The position numbers and the translations under genes were made by a program. From Deltaproteobacteria bacterium (GTDB lineage Bacteria; Desulfobacterota; Desulfuromonadia; Geobacterales; Pseudopelobacteraceae), in NCBI GenBank assembly GCA_021778115.1, contig JAJYCS010000003.1:13156-77155 (forward strand): 64,000 nt of DNA, read 5' to 3'. The notes beneath the pieces were generated by a model. The model did not search any database, was not told the DNA's origin, and saw nothing but the letters and a program-made list of their open reading frames with translations. Below are positions 1-9,910 of this stretch, piece after piece. The number at the start of each line of letters is the position of its first letter. The first letter of the stretch is position 1.

Positions 1-44
1 GGCATGGATTACTAACCGGCGTCCATCGGTTGCACGGTCAGTTG

Positions 45-78
45 CAGACGGGCGGGGGAGCGATTCCCCGCCCGTCTG
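45..78 (+). terminator. GC-rich hairpin, probable terminator of the upstream (out-of-window) gene
   Basis: 13-bp stem CAGACGGGCGGGG (45-57) / CCCCGCCCGTCTG (66-78), 30 nt after a TAA at 13-15; only a weak T-tract follows. Confidence 0.45.
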
Positions 79-184
79 TCGTTTCACGGCACGGGTCAAC
101 ACCCCGCAAACCCCCATTTCATCTGGACAGCAGGTTTTTTTTACGGTAAGTAGACAGCTTATTACGTACTGTCAGCCAATCGGG

Positions 185-1543
185 GTGGGGATGCCACAGA
201 TCACGGCCGTAAGTTTCGATGCCGATGGGGTCCGGGTCGTCACAGGACGACGTACCGGCACCGGTTTTACGGTTGAGCGGACCCTCTCCCTGACGGCTGA
301 CGAACTGGACCCCTTCCTGGCACTTGACCGTGCTGACGGGTACCTGGTGGCGGCAAACCCCGTTGATGCCCTGTTTGAGACCATCACCATCCCGCCGGTG
401 GGGCCGAAACTCGAGGCCCCCCTGATCCGCGCCGAGACGGCTCGCCTCCACCCCGAACTGCTCCCCTTCTCCTGCGGCTGGCATGTCCTGGGGGACACCC
501 CCCTCGAAGGGCGCACGGTCCGCAGGATCGCCTGCTGTCTGGTGCCCCACCGGAGCCTCGAACCGCTGCTGGAACCGTTCATCCGCCACCGGAAGCGCAT
601 CAGGCAGCTGGTGGCCGCCCCGGTGGCCCTGGCAACCCTGGTCAAAACGGTGGAGGCCACCGACGAACCGCTGCTCTGCGTCCACGACAGCGGCTCAAGC
701 AAGCTGCTGTTCCTGTTGGAGGGGGGGGCCGTCACCTTCAGCCGGGCCATCTCCTCCAGCGAACGGGGCTGGGATGCCTTTGACCGGCAGAACGTAGCCA
801 TGACCCTGGACTACTGCTTCCAGTCGCTGCGGGTCCGGCCGAACCGGGTGCTGGTCCTGAACCCCTCCCAGCCCCTTGACGACTCGGCCCCGCCGCCGCG
901 CCTGGAGCCGCTCTCCCTGCCGCCGCAGTTCCAGGGGGGGAAGCACGCCACCCTCATGACCGATTATCAGGCGCCATTTCTGCTGGCCGCCTGGCCGATG
1001 CCGGCCACCGCAGACCTGCTCCCCGAGCGCTATCGCACCGCACAGCTCCAGCAGCTATTCCTCCAGCGCAGCTGCCGGATCGCCGCAGCCTTCTCCGCCC
1101 TCCTCCTGCTGCTCGTGCTCCTTGAGGCGGTATCGCTGCAGCGGACGGAGCGGGAGATCGACACCCTCCGCCTCAGGGAAAAAAACCTCTCCGCCATCGT
1201 CCAGGCCCACCAGCAGGCCCTTGCCCAGCGGGACCGGGTCCAGCCCCTCATCAGCGCCGTCAGCACCCTGGTGACCGGCCCCGACATCCCGGCCACGCTG
1301 GTGGCGTTAAACGGACTCAGCGCCCCCCCGGCCCGCCTGCAGTCGTTGACCGTCAGACATGGCCAGGGGGGGATCACCCTGCACCTGGCCGGCAGCGTGG
1401 CCGCCCCCGGCTTTGCCGCTGCCGAGGAACAGTTTGAGGCGGTATCCGCGGCGCTGCGGCGCTGCAGAGGGGTCACCCCCACCGCCAGCCATCTGGACCC
1501 GAAGAGCCAGACCTTCACCATCGAGGCCACGGCCACGCCATGA
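185..1543 (+). CDS. Pilus/T2SS alignment protein (PilM/PilN- or GspL/MshI-like)
   Basis: 452 aa; cytoplasmic N-terminal domain, single TM (IAAAFSALLLLLVLL), coiled coil; first gene upstream of a secretin/ATPase cluster. Confidence 0.7.
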   Translation: MGMPQITAVSFDADGVRVVTGRRTGTGFTVERTLSLTADELDPFLALDRADGYLVAANPVDALFETITIPPVGPKLEAPLIRAETARLHPELLPFSCGWHVLGDTPLEGRTVRRIACCLVPHRSLEPLLEPFIRHRKRIRQLVAAPVALATLVKTVEATDEPLLCVHDSGSSKLLFLLEGGAVTFSRAISSSERGWDAFDRQNVAMTLDYCFQSLRVRPNRVLVLNPSQPLDDSAPPPRLEPLSLPPQFQGGKHATLMTDYQAPFLLAAWPMPATADLLPERYRTAQLQQLFLQRSCRIAAAFSALLLLLVLLEAVSLQRTEREIDTLRLREKNLSAIVQAHQQALAQRDRVQPLISAVSTLVTGPDIPATLVALNGLSAPPARLQSLTVRHGQGGITLHLAGSVAAPGFAAAEEQFEAVSAALRRCRGVTPTASHLDPKSQTFTIEATATP

Positions 1544-2076
1544 TAGCCCCCCTGGAGAACAGAAACCGCTCCCTGCTGCTCCGGCTGACCGCACTGCTCC
1601 TGTGCGTGGCCCTGCTGGGGACGGCCCTGGCCCTGCTGCTGCGCAAGGAACAGGCACAACGCCGCCTTGCGGCACTCCACGGCAGGATACTGACCAACCT
1701 GCCGCTGATGGCGGCCGAGACCGCGAACCTCCAGCGGGAGGTGACCGCCTTCCGCCAGGGGCTCCCGGGAACGCTGGACCGGCGTTCCCCCGATCTGCTG
1801 CTCTATACCCGTCTGGACCAGATCAAAGCCCTGCTGCAGCCCAGCGAGATGACCATTACCGGGGTCGAAACCGGGAATGGTCGTAAGACCATCTCCTTTA
1901 ATCTGAAGGTACCCGCAGCCCGCTACAGCGCACTGGTAAACGGGATGGGGCAGCTGCAGACCGAGCTGTTCCCCTTTGTCGAGTTCCGCGAGATCACCCT
2001 GAACCCCACCGCCACGGACAGCAGCATCGCCCTCTCCGGCCGTGTGCTGCTCCCCACCGTGGGGGGCGGAGCGTAA
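1540..2076 (+). CDS. PilO/GspM/MshJ-like inner membrane protein
   Basis: 178 aa, N-terminal TM then coiled coil; 4-nt overlap with the upstream gene. Confidence 0.6.
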   Translation: MIAPLENRNRSLLLRLTALLLCVALLGTALALLLRKEQAQRRLAALHGRILTNLPLMAAETANLQREVTAFRQGLPGTLDRRSPDLLLYTRLDQIKALLQPSEMTITGVETGNGRKTISFNLKVPAARYSALVNGMGQLQTELFPFVEFREITLNPTATDSSIALSGRVLLPTVGGGA

Positions 2077-2078
2077 CG

Positions 2079-2519
2079 ATGGGGCGTCAGCAGACCACCA
2101 TCCTGTTGGCCATCGGGGCCCTGACGGCGCTCCTCCTCCCCCTGCTGGTCTACCGGCAATTCCACGCCGCGCCCCGCCTGCAGGCAACGGAACAGACTGT
2201 GGCTGCCTTCACCCCGACCTCCCTGCTGATCCCCCGCCGGGGTTGGCAGACCGTCACCCTCGCCCCGCCGGTGGGACTCCCGGCGCCGGCCGTGCCGCAA
2301 CCGGCCCCCTCGGCCAAGGCCGGCCTCCCCCTGCCGGTGGCCACGCCTCCTCCGACGGTCTCCTTTATCCTCCACGACGCCGGCAAGGATCTGGCCATCG
2401 TCAACGGGGTCATGGTAAAGGTGGGGGACCGCTACCAGGAGTGGCAGGTAACGCGGATAGAACGCAATCGGGTACTTTTACACGGAAGAAAGGGGCCGTT
2501 ATGGATCGCCCTGCAGTAA
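2079..2519 (+). CDS. MshK/GspB-like single-pass protein
   Basis: 146 aa; TM, Pro-rich linker, C-terminal AIVNGVMVKVGDRYQEWQVTRIE beta motif; lies directly before the secretin. Confidence 0.5.
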   Translation: MGRQQTTILLAIGALTALLLPLLVYRQFHAAPRLQATEQTVAAFTPTSLLIPRRGWQTVTLAPPVGLPAPAVPQPAPSAKAGLPLPVATPPPTVSFILHDAGKDLAIVNGVMVKVGDRYQEWQVTRIERNRVLLHGRKGPLWIALQ

Positions 2520-4228
2520 GGATACACCTCGCCACCGGCAAACGCTGCGCCCTGTTCCTCGTGGCGCTCTCCCTGGTCGCCGGCTGCGCAAACCAGCCGC
2601 CGCTGGCCCCCCGTGACGCCTCCAGCCAGCCCCTGGCCCCCCCCGTGACGAGCCGGGAACCGTTCGTCAAGGAGAACCTGCAGGAGATGCAGCGCCGCTC
2701 CACCCCGCCCCCCCCCCTCACCACCCCGGCCTACCAGCCGGTCAGTGACGACGTCTCCCCGGCCCACACCCGCCTGGTGAGCATCCAGGCCCGTAATACC
2801 GCCCTGGGTGACGTCCTGCAGGTGATCGCCGATGCCGCGGGACTGAACCTGATCATCGGCGACGGGGTCCGGCAGGAACGGCCGATCACCATTACCCTTA
2901 AACGGGTCACCGCCGACGACGCCCTGGCCACCATCCTCACCTCTGCCGATTACTTCTACACGATCAAGAACAACATCCTCTCGGTGCAGGCCACCGGCAC
3001 CAAGGTCTTCGAGCTGGGACACCCGGCCCTGGTGCAGGGGTACCAGGTGGATGTGGGGGGTGATATCCTGGGGAGCGCCGCCGGCCTCACCGCAGCCGGC
3101 TCCGGCAATACCGGCAACGCCACCACCAGCTCCGGCTCATCCGGCAACACCGGCTCCGCCAATATCAAGGGGAGCATCAACCAATCGGTCAGAAACGACG
3201 GCAAGGCCTTCGACTTCTGGGAATCGCTGGAGAAATCGCTCCGCGCGCTCCTCCTCGCCCCTCAGGATTCCGCCCCAGCTGCCGGCGCTGCAGCCGCCGG
3301 CCCCCAGCCGCCACGCAGCGAGGAGCGGGGGGTCAGGCAAAACGTGGTGATCAACCGCCTCACCGGCACCATCGTGGTCACCGCCACCCGGCGCAACCTG
3401 TCAACGATCGAGGAGTATCTGGACCGGCTCAAGGCCGCCTTGAACCGTCAGGTGCTGGTTGAGGCGCGGGTCATCGAGGTGCAGCTCAATGCGGGGATCA
3501 AATACGGGATCGACTGGTCCTTCCTCTCCAACATCAACAACTACGGCCAGCTGGGCGGAGGATTCGGCGCCGTCGCCTCAAGCGCCGACTTCAGCGGCTC
3601 CTTAAACAGCGCCGCCCCCAACTTCCGGATCGGCACCATCACCAGCGGCTCCAAGGGGGAGATCAAGGCGCTCCTCACCGCCCTCAAGACCCAGGGGGAC
3701 GTGAAGACCCTCTCCAACCCCCGCATCAACGTCATGAACGGTCAGACCGCCCTCCTGACCGTGGGGAGGAACACCAACTTCGTCTCCAAGGTCACCTCCA
3801 CCATCAGCAACGCCGGCACCGCCAACACCATCACCTACACCGTGGACACCAGCAACGTCCTCTCCGGCATCATGATCGGCATCGCCCCCACCATCAACAG
3901 CAAGGGGGAGATCAGCATGGCCATCACCCCGATCATCTCCGATCTGGTAAGCCTCACCCCCACCAACATCGGCTCCGGCAGCAACCAGACCACCATCCAG
4001 ATCCCGGTGGTAGACCTGCGGGAGCTCTCCACCACGGTGAAGGTCCATAACGGCGAGATGATCGTCATCGGCGGTCTGATCGCCAACAAACGGGACCAGG
4101 AGGATGAGAAGATCCCGTTCATCGGGGAGCTACCCTGGCTGGGGGCCCTGTTCTCCCGCAAAAACTACCAGGACACCCGGACAGAGCTGGTGGTGGTGCT
4201 GCAGCCCTATCTGGTGGGGAACGACTAG
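2501..4228 (+). CDS. mshL: Lipidated secretin (MshL/GspD family)
   Basis: Start re-called at ATG 2501 (MDRPAVR); lipobox LVAGC; STN-like domain; secretin motifs KTLSNPRINVMNGQTA and EKIPFIGELPWLGALF. Confidence 0.88.
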   Translation: MDRPAVRIHLATGKRCALFLVALSLVAGCANQPPLAPRDASSQPLAPPVTSREPFVKENLQEMQRRSTPPPPLTTPAYQPVSDDVSPAHTRLVSIQARNTALGDVLQVIADAAGLNLIIGDGVRQERPITITLKRVTADDALATILTSADYFYTIKNNILSVQATGTKVFELGHPALVQGYQVDVGGDILGSAAGLTAAGSGNTGNATTSSGSSGNTGSANIKGSINQSVRNDGKAFDFWESLEKSLRALLLAPQDSAPAAGAAAAGPQPPRSEERGVRQNVVINRLTGTIVVTATRRNLSTIEEYLDRLKAALNRQVLVEARVIEVQLNAGIKYGIDWSFLSNINNYGQLGGGFGAVASSADFSGSLNSAAPNFRIGTITSGSKGEIKALLTALKTQGDVKTLSNPRINVMNGQTALLTVGRNTNFVSKVTSTISNAGTANTITYTVDTSNVLSGIMIGIAPTINSKGEISMAITPIISDLVSLTPTNIGSGSNQTTIQIPVVDLRELSTTVKVHNGEMIVIGGLIANKRDQEDEKIPFIGELPWLGALFSRKNYQDTRTELVVVLQPYLVGND

Positions 4229-4236
4229 GAGACGCC

Positions 4237-5892
4237 ATGGCGGCACCGATCAAGATAGGCGAACTCCTCAGGAACAACGGACTGATCAGCGACAAGCAGC
4301 TCCGGATCGCCCTGGAGCAGCAGAAGGTGACCGGCGCCATCCTGGGTGACCTGCTGATCCGCCTCGGCTTTGTCACCGCCGCCGAGTTCGCCCGGACCAT
4401 CGCCCTGCAGTCGGGGATCGACTTCATCGACCTGGCCGAGATCCAGCCGGAGGAGGAGGCCCTGCGCCAGGTGCCGAAAGACACGGCCGAAAAGGCCGGC
4501 TTCATCCCCCTGGCCGTGGTTGAGGACGGCCGTCTGGCCATCGGCATCACCAACCCCAGCAACATCGTGGCGGTGGATACGGTGACCAAGCTGACCGGCA
4601 GACAGCCCAGGGTCTTTCTGGTGGACAGCGACTACTACCAGGAGACCCTGGAAAAGGCCTACTTCTTCATCGCCCACCCGGTGCAGCAGCGGATGGAGCG
4701 GCTGATCGGCGTCATCCGGCAGACCGCCGGGGCGATCCCCGGCGCCACCATCGCCGAGCTGATCGAACTGATCATGGTGGACGGGGTACGCAAACAGGCC
4801 ACCGACATCCATATCACCCCGGCCGATGACGTAACCAACGTCTTCTACCGGATCGACGGCGTCCTGCAGCACGGCCACTGCCTGCAGAAACAGGTCCACG
4901 GCGGTCTGGTCTCACGAATCAAGGTCCTCTCCCAGCTGGATATCGCCGAGCAGCGCCTCCCCCAGGACGGCTCCTTCAGCTACGAGTTCCTCTCCAAACG
5001 GTTCGACATCCGGGTCTCCACCGTCCCCACCATCTTCGGGGAGAACCTGGTACTGCGCCTGCTGGCCGGCGCCGGCCCCCTGCTGCGCCTCGAGGCCCTG
5101 GGGATGAGTCCGGATACCACCCGGCAGATCCGCCGTCTCTTCCAGAAGTCCTACGGCATCATCCTGATCGCCGGTCCCACCGGCAGCGGCAAGACCACCA
5201 CCCTCTACGCCGGCCTGCGGGAACTGGACCGCCTGGAGCGGAACATCATCACCGTGGAAGACCCGGTGGAATACCGCCTGAGCTTTATCCGGCAGAGCCA
5301 GGTCAACGAGCGGGCCGGCTTCGACTTCGCCCTGGCCGCCCGCAACTTCATGCGTCAGGACCCGGACGTGATGCTGCTGGGGGAGATCCGGGACGAAGAG
5401 ACCGCCCAGATCGCGGTCCGGGCCGCCATCACCGGCCACCTGGTGTTGTCCACCATCCACACCAACGACGCCGTCACCGCCATCCCCCGCCTGCTCGACC
5501 TGAAGCTGGACGCCTTCCTCCTCTCCTCCGCCCTCACCGCGGTACTGGCCCAGCGGCTGCTCCGCAAGATCTGCCCCCACTGCCGCCAGGAATACCTGCT
5601 CACCGAGGAGGAACAGGAGCTCTTCAGACAGCACGGCTTCGAGCTGACCCACGGTAACCGGGGGATCGGCTGCAGCAAGTGCAACGATTCAGGCTACCTG
5701 GGCCGTCTCTCCATCTGCGAGGTCCTGGTGATCGACGACGAGATCCGGCAGATGATCTTTGACGGCTCCTCCACCGCCGCCATCGCCGAGGCGGCCCGCA
5801 AGCGGGGGATGCGGCCGCTTCTGGAGGACGGCATCCTGAAAGCCGCCGAAGGGCTCACCACGATGGCTGAAGTCATGCGGGTCGCCGGATGA
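4237..5892 (+). CDS. mshE: Pilus assembly ATPase (GspE/PilB/MshE)
   Basis: Walker A GPTGSGKT, MRQDPDVMLLGEIRD, GHLVLSTIHTND, CxxC pair; N-terminal MshEN-like repeats. Confidence 0.93.
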   Translation: MAAPIKIGELLRNNGLISDKQLRIALEQQKVTGAILGDLLIRLGFVTAAEFARTIALQSGIDFIDLAEIQPEEEALRQVPKDTAEKAGFIPLAVVEDGRLAIGITNPSNIVAVDTVTKLTGRQPRVFLVDSDYYQETLEKAYFFIAHPVQQRMERLIGVIRQTAGAIPGATIAELIELIMVDGVRKQATDIHITPADDVTNVFYRIDGVLQHGHCLQKQVHGGLVSRIKVLSQLDIAEQRLPQDGSFSYEFLSKRFDIRVSTVPTIFGENLVLRLLAGAGPLLRLEALGMSPDTTRQIRRLFQKSYGIILIAGPTGSGKTTTLYAGLRELDRLERNIITVEDPVEYRLSFIRQSQVNERAGFDFALAARNFMRQDPDVMLLGEIRDEETAQIAVRAAITGHLVLSTIHTNDAVTAIPRLLDLKLDAFLLSSALTAVLAQRLLRKICPHCRQEYLLTEEEQELFRQHGFELTHGNRGIGCSKCNDSGYLGRLSICEVLVIDDEIRQMIFDGSSTAAIAEAARKRGMRPLLEDGILKAAEGLTTMAEVMRVAG

Positions 5893-7109
5893 CCCCCTTC
5901 CTTTACCGCGCCGTGGATGCCGCCGGCAAACAGGTAAGCGGCCAGATCGAAGCCGATTCGGCCGAGGCCGCCGGGGACGAACTGGCGGGCCGCGGCTACT
6001 ACCTCCTGAGCATCTCCCCCGGCACCGGACTCCTCTCCAGGGTGAAGAAGCAGCTGCAGAAGCAGCGGGTCCGCCGGATTGAGATCATCGAGCTGGCCAG
6101 CAACCTCTCGGTGATGGTGGGGGCCGGGATCCCGATCACCATGGCCCTGGGGGATATCATCGCCTCGGTGACCAACAGCACCCTGCAGACCACCCTGGCC
6201 GCCGTCAAACAGGAGATCGAACAGGGCTCCACCTTCTCCGACGCCATCGAACGGTACAGCACCCTGTTCCCCGACATCTTCATCCGCCTGGTGCGGGTGG
6301 GGGAAGAGACGGGCCGTTTCGAGAAGAGCCTCGCCGATGTGGCCGAGCACCTGCAGCGGATGGAAGACCTGGCATCGGCCATCAAGCGGGCCCTCATCTA
6401 CCCCGCCTTTGCCATCGTCAGCACCTTCGGCGCCCTGATCTTCTGGCTGGTCTACGTGCTCCCCAAGATCATCGGCACCCTGAAGGGGATGGGGGTCAAA
6501 CTGCCCCTCCTGACCCGCCTGCTGATGGGGGCCAGTGACCTGACCCAGCGGTTCTGGTATCTGGCCCCGATCATCCTGGTGCTGATCCTGGTGCTGCTCA
6601 AGCTGCTGAAACGACACGAGCCGAGCCGCTACCAGCTGGACCGCCTGAAACTCAAGCTGCCGATCTACAGCCTGGTGGAGTACAACCGCCTGCTGGCCCT
6701 GCTGACGGAACAGCTGCGGATCCTGATCGTTGCCGGCCTCACCTTCGACCGCACCCTGGGGATCATCGCCCAGGTGATACGGAACCGGGTCTTCCAACGG
6801 GCCCTGGAGACGGTGCGTGAGGAGATCACCTACGGCAGCGGCATCGCCGAGGCCCTGCGCAAGCACCCGGTCTTTCCCCTGCTCCTGGTCCGCCTGGTGG
6901 CGATCGGCGAGACCAGCGGCTCACTGGACAGCCAGTTCGAGTTCCTGGCCACCCACTACCTGAAAAAACTGGACGACATCTCGGAGAAACTGGGCAAGAT
7001 CATCGAGCCGTTGGTGATCGGCTTCATCGGCATCATGTTCGCCCTCATCATCATGGGGCTCCTCTTCCCGGTCTACGACCTGATCTCCGCCGTTGGAAAG
7101 GGGCGCTGA
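5889..7109 (+). CDS. mshG: Inner membrane platform protein (GspF/PilC/MshG)
   Basis: 406 aa; two GspF repeats with GEETGRF / GETSGSL motifs and three TMs. Confidence 0.92.
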   Translation: MTPFLYRAVDAAGKQVSGQIEADSAEAAGDELAGRGYYLLSISPGTGLLSRVKKQLQKQRVRRIEIIELASNLSVMVGAGIPITMALGDIIASVTNSTLQTTLAAVKQEIEQGSTFSDAIERYSTLFPDIFIRLVRVGEETGRFEKSLADVAEHLQRMEDLASAIKRALIYPAFAIVSTFGALIFWLVYVLPKIIGTLKGMGVKLPLLTRLLMGASDLTQRFWYLAPIILVLILVLLKLLKRHEPSRYQLDRLKLKLPIYSLVEYNRLLALLTEQLRILIVAGLTFDRTLGIIAQVIRNRVFQRALETVREEITYGSGIAEALRKHPVFPLLLVRLVAIGETSGSLDSQFEFLATHYLKKLDDISEKLGKIIEPLVIGFIGIMFALIIMGLLFPVYDLISAVGKGR

Positions 7110-8033
7110 ATGGGCAGTTCATACCTCGACTTTTACTCCCTGACGGAAGACCCGTTCCGTCTCACCCCTGATCCGGCCTACTACTACCCCTCCAGCGGCC
7201 ATGCCAACGCCCTGCTCTCCCTCGATTACCTGATGAACAACCGGGAGGGGTTCTGCCTCCTCACCGGTGAGCCGGGGACCGGCAAGACCACCCTGCTGCG
7301 GATCTTCATCAACAAGTGGCAGGAGCGGGCCGAGATCGCCCTGATCATGACCCCCCGTCTCCGGCCGGAGGAGTTCCTCCAGGCACTGCTTGAGGACTTC
7401 GCCGTCATCTATCCCCTGTCGGGCAACAAAAACGATATGATCAAGGAGTTCCGCGACTTTCTGCTGAATCATGCCGGTCAGGGGCGACCGGTGGTGATCG
7501 TGGTGGACGAGGCCCAGCAGCTGCCGGACGACACCCTGGAGGAGCTCCGGCTGCTGTCAAACCTGGAGACGGAGAAGGAAAAACTGCTGCAGATCATCTT
7601 GGTGGGGCAGCCGGAACTGGCCGCAAAGCTGGCCCACGAGCGGTTCCGCCAGCTGGACCAGCGGATCTCGGTGCGGGCGGGGCTCACCCACCTCACCGCC
7701 CAGGCCACCGCCGATTACCTGGCCACCCGGCTCCATCGGGCCGGGGCCCGGGTGGCAACCCTGTTCGAGCCTGCCGCCAGTGAGGCGATCTACCGCAGCT
7801 CCGGCGGGGTGCCGCGGCTCATCAACCTGATCGCCTCCCGCAGCCTGATGGTGGGATTTCTGGAGGGCAAACCGATCGTGCAGGCCCGTCAGGTGGAACT
7901 GGCAGCGGCCGAGGTGGTGCGGAGGGAGGCCCGGCAGCAGCGGAGGCAAGCGGCGGCGCGCTGGTGGTGGGTGGCGGCGGCAGGGGGGGCGCTGCTGCTG
8001 GCGCTGGCGGCGCTGGCGGCAGGACGGTGGTGA
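7110..8033 (+). CDS. ExeA/MshM-family AAA ATPase
   Basis: DPFRLTPDP, Walker A GEPGTGKT, VVDEAQ, QIILVGQPEL, SGGVPRLIN; C-terminal TM. Confidence 0.9.
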   Translation: MGSSYLDFYSLTEDPFRLTPDPAYYYPSSGHANALLSLDYLMNNREGFCLLTGEPGTGKTTLLRIFINKWQERAEIALIMTPRLRPEEFLQALLEDFAVIYPLSGNKNDMIKEFRDFLLNHAGQGRPVVIVVDEAQQLPDDTLEELRLLSNLETEKEKLLQIILVGQPELAAKLAHERFRQLDQRISVRAGLTHLTAQATADYLATRLHRAGARVATLFEPAASEAIYRSSGGVPRLINLIASRSLMVGFLEGKPIVQARQVELAAAEVVRREARQQRRQAAARWWWVAAAGGALLLALAALAAGRW

Positions 8034-8036
8034 CGC

Positions 8037-9062
8037 CTACTCCTGCTCCAGGGCCCTGATCCGCCCCCGGGCCTCATCCCGGGCCTGCTGACCGACATCC
8101 GGCAGGGCCAGCAGATCGCGGTATACCCGCAACGCCTTGTCCCGCGCCCCCTGGCGCTCATACAGCCGCCCCTGCCCCAGATATCCACGGGGGTCCCCCC
8201 CCTCGGCAAGGCGGCGGTAACTGCCGGCGGCGTCATCCAGGGCGCTGGCCCGCTCCTGGGCCAGGGCCAGGTTATAGAGGGCGCTCCGGTTGGCCGGGTC
8301 CAACGCCGCAGCCCGGCTGAAACTCTTCACCGCCGCCCCCCCCTGTCCCAGGTTCCCCTGGGCAACCCCCCGGTTCACCAGGGCCGAGACATACTCCGGC
8401 TTCAGGGTCAGGGCCCGCTCGGTCAGGGTCAGGGCCTGCCGGTACATCCCCAGCCGCAGCTCCATATCGGCGGCGTTGTTCATGATCCGGTAGTTGTACG
8501 GATCGGCCTCCAAGGCCTGCTGATACTGGGTGAGGGCGGTCAGGTAATCCCGCCGGGCCTCGGCGTTGCGGGCCGCGAAGAGGTGGGCATCAATGGCGGT
8601 ACGATCCTTCGGGGCCGGCGTATGGGACGGAGGGGCGGCTGACGATGCAGGGGCGGTCCGGCCGGCCGGACGGGAATGGCGAACAGGCGCCGCAACGGCA
8701 CGGGCCGGGCGGACCGGGGGATGGGTGGGAGGCTGCGGGGGGCGCTCCACCACCTGCCGCACTGCCGGGGCCGACGGCGCGACGGGCCGCTGCGCCGGGA
8801 GCGGCGGCGCTGCAACCGCCTGCCGGGCAGGGGGTGGTGGCGCTGACAACGGCTGCCGGTGGAGGGGACGGCTGTCCAGATACCACCCCAGCCCCCCCCC
8901 CACACAGACGGCCGCTGCGGCAATGCCGCCGATGAGCAGCAGACGGCGCCCCCTGGAGGCGGAGCCACCGGCGCTTCCCACCGCCTGCAGCACCCCCGGC
9001 GGGATCTCCGCCGGCGCCTGGTTGGTCTCGGTCTTTTTCAGCAGATTGGCGAGGATGCTCAT
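8037..9062 (-). CDS. TPR protein (MshN-like)
   Basis: Start re-called at ATG 9062 (MSILANLLKK); TM, Pro/Ala-rich linker, several TPRs. Confidence 0.75.
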   Translation of the reverse strand: MSILANLLKKTETNQAPAEIPPGVLQAVGSAGGSASRGRRLLLIGGIAAAAVCVGGGLGWYLDSRPLHRQPLSAPPPPARQAVAAPPLPAQRPVAPSAPAVRQVVERPPQPPTHPPVRPARAVAAPVRHSRPAGRTAPASSAAPPSHTPAPKDRTAIDAHLFAARNAEARRDYLTALTQYQQALEADPYNYRIMNNAADMELRLGMYRQALTLTERALTLKPEYVSALVNRGVAQGNLGQGGAAVKSFSRAAALDPANRSALYNLALAQERASALDDAAGSYRRLAEGGDPRGYLGQGRLYERQGARDKALRVYRDLLALPDVGQQARDEARGRIRALEQE

Positions 9063-9319
9063 GGAGGCCCTTACGCGGAGATACCATTCTCTGCTATGGC
9101 GAATAGCAGGCCCAACCGGGGCTGTCAACAGATTTTGCCGCCATTAACCGGGGTTTATCTGCCTGTTTTGCAGGCAACGGTAAAAAATAAGGGGCTACGG
9201 CCGTTTTTCCCCTTGATTTTTCCCCCCATCTCACCGAAAGTTATCCAAAGTAACCCGTCATCATCCGGCACGAAACGCCGTGTCATCCTACACTGCACAG
9301 AGAGAGACAGGAGGAGCAG

Positions 9320-9856
9320 ATGCACAACAGCAACAGAGGTTTCACCCTGGTGGAGATGGCCATCGTGCTGGTCATCATCGGTATCATCCTGGGGGCGGTC
9401 ATCAAGGGACAGGACCTGATCCAGGGGGCCCAGGCCAAAGCGGTGCTGCAGATCCCGGCCAAGTGGGAGGTGCCGATCTGGGGCTTCTACGACAAGATGG
9501 GCTACCTGCCGGGTGACAGCGGCCGGTCCGGTAACATCCAGAGCTTTGCCCAGCTGCAGTCCGACCTGCAGAACAACAGCTTCACCCTGCCGGCATCCAC
9601 CATCAGCGGGGTCAACAACACTGTGGAATCATTAACAACTGTTTGTGGCCAAACCATAACCCGCAACGTCATGCTGCTGACCAACGTCCCCCTGGCCACG
9701 GCCAAGGCGCTGGACGCCAACATCGACGGCACCGAGGACGGTAAAACCGGACGAGTGAGGTACTGTGGCACAGGTACTACTGGCGCCACTGCAGCAAATG
9801 TTTGGCCGACCACCGATCCGGTGGATGTGGTCTACTTCTTCGACAAGCTGCCGTAA
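9320..9856 (+). CDS. Type IV major pilin candidate (MshA-like)
   Basis: Class III signal RG|FTLVEMAIVLVIIGII with E5; strong RBS; own terminator downstream. Confidence 0.85.
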   Translation: MHNSNRGFTLVEMAIVLVIIGIILGAVIKGQDLIQGAQAKAVLQIPAKWEVPIWGFYDKMGYLPGDSGRSGNIQSFAQLQSDLQNNSFTLPASTISGVNNTVESLTTVCGQTITRNVMLLTNVPLATAKALDANIDGTEDGKTGRVRYCGTGTTGATAANVWPTTDPVDVVYFFDKLP

Positions 9857-9880
9857 CCACGGCCCACGGGACAACCCAGG

Positions 9881-9908
9881 ACGGGGAGGAGAACGCCTCC
9901 CCGTTTTT
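9881..9908 (+). terminator. Rho-independent terminator after the pilin gene
   Basis: ACGGGGAGG-loop-CCTCCCCGT followed by TTTT. Confidence 0.75.
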
Positions 9909-9910
9909 CC

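Noticed and set aside
2042-2500. N-terminal extension of the 728-aa secretin ORF
   Set aside because: Overlaps the 2079-2519 gene; the signal peptide and lipobox only make sense from ATG 2501
9266-9285. CCGGCACG upstream of the major pilin as a sigma54 -24 element
   Set aside because: No GC at the -12 position
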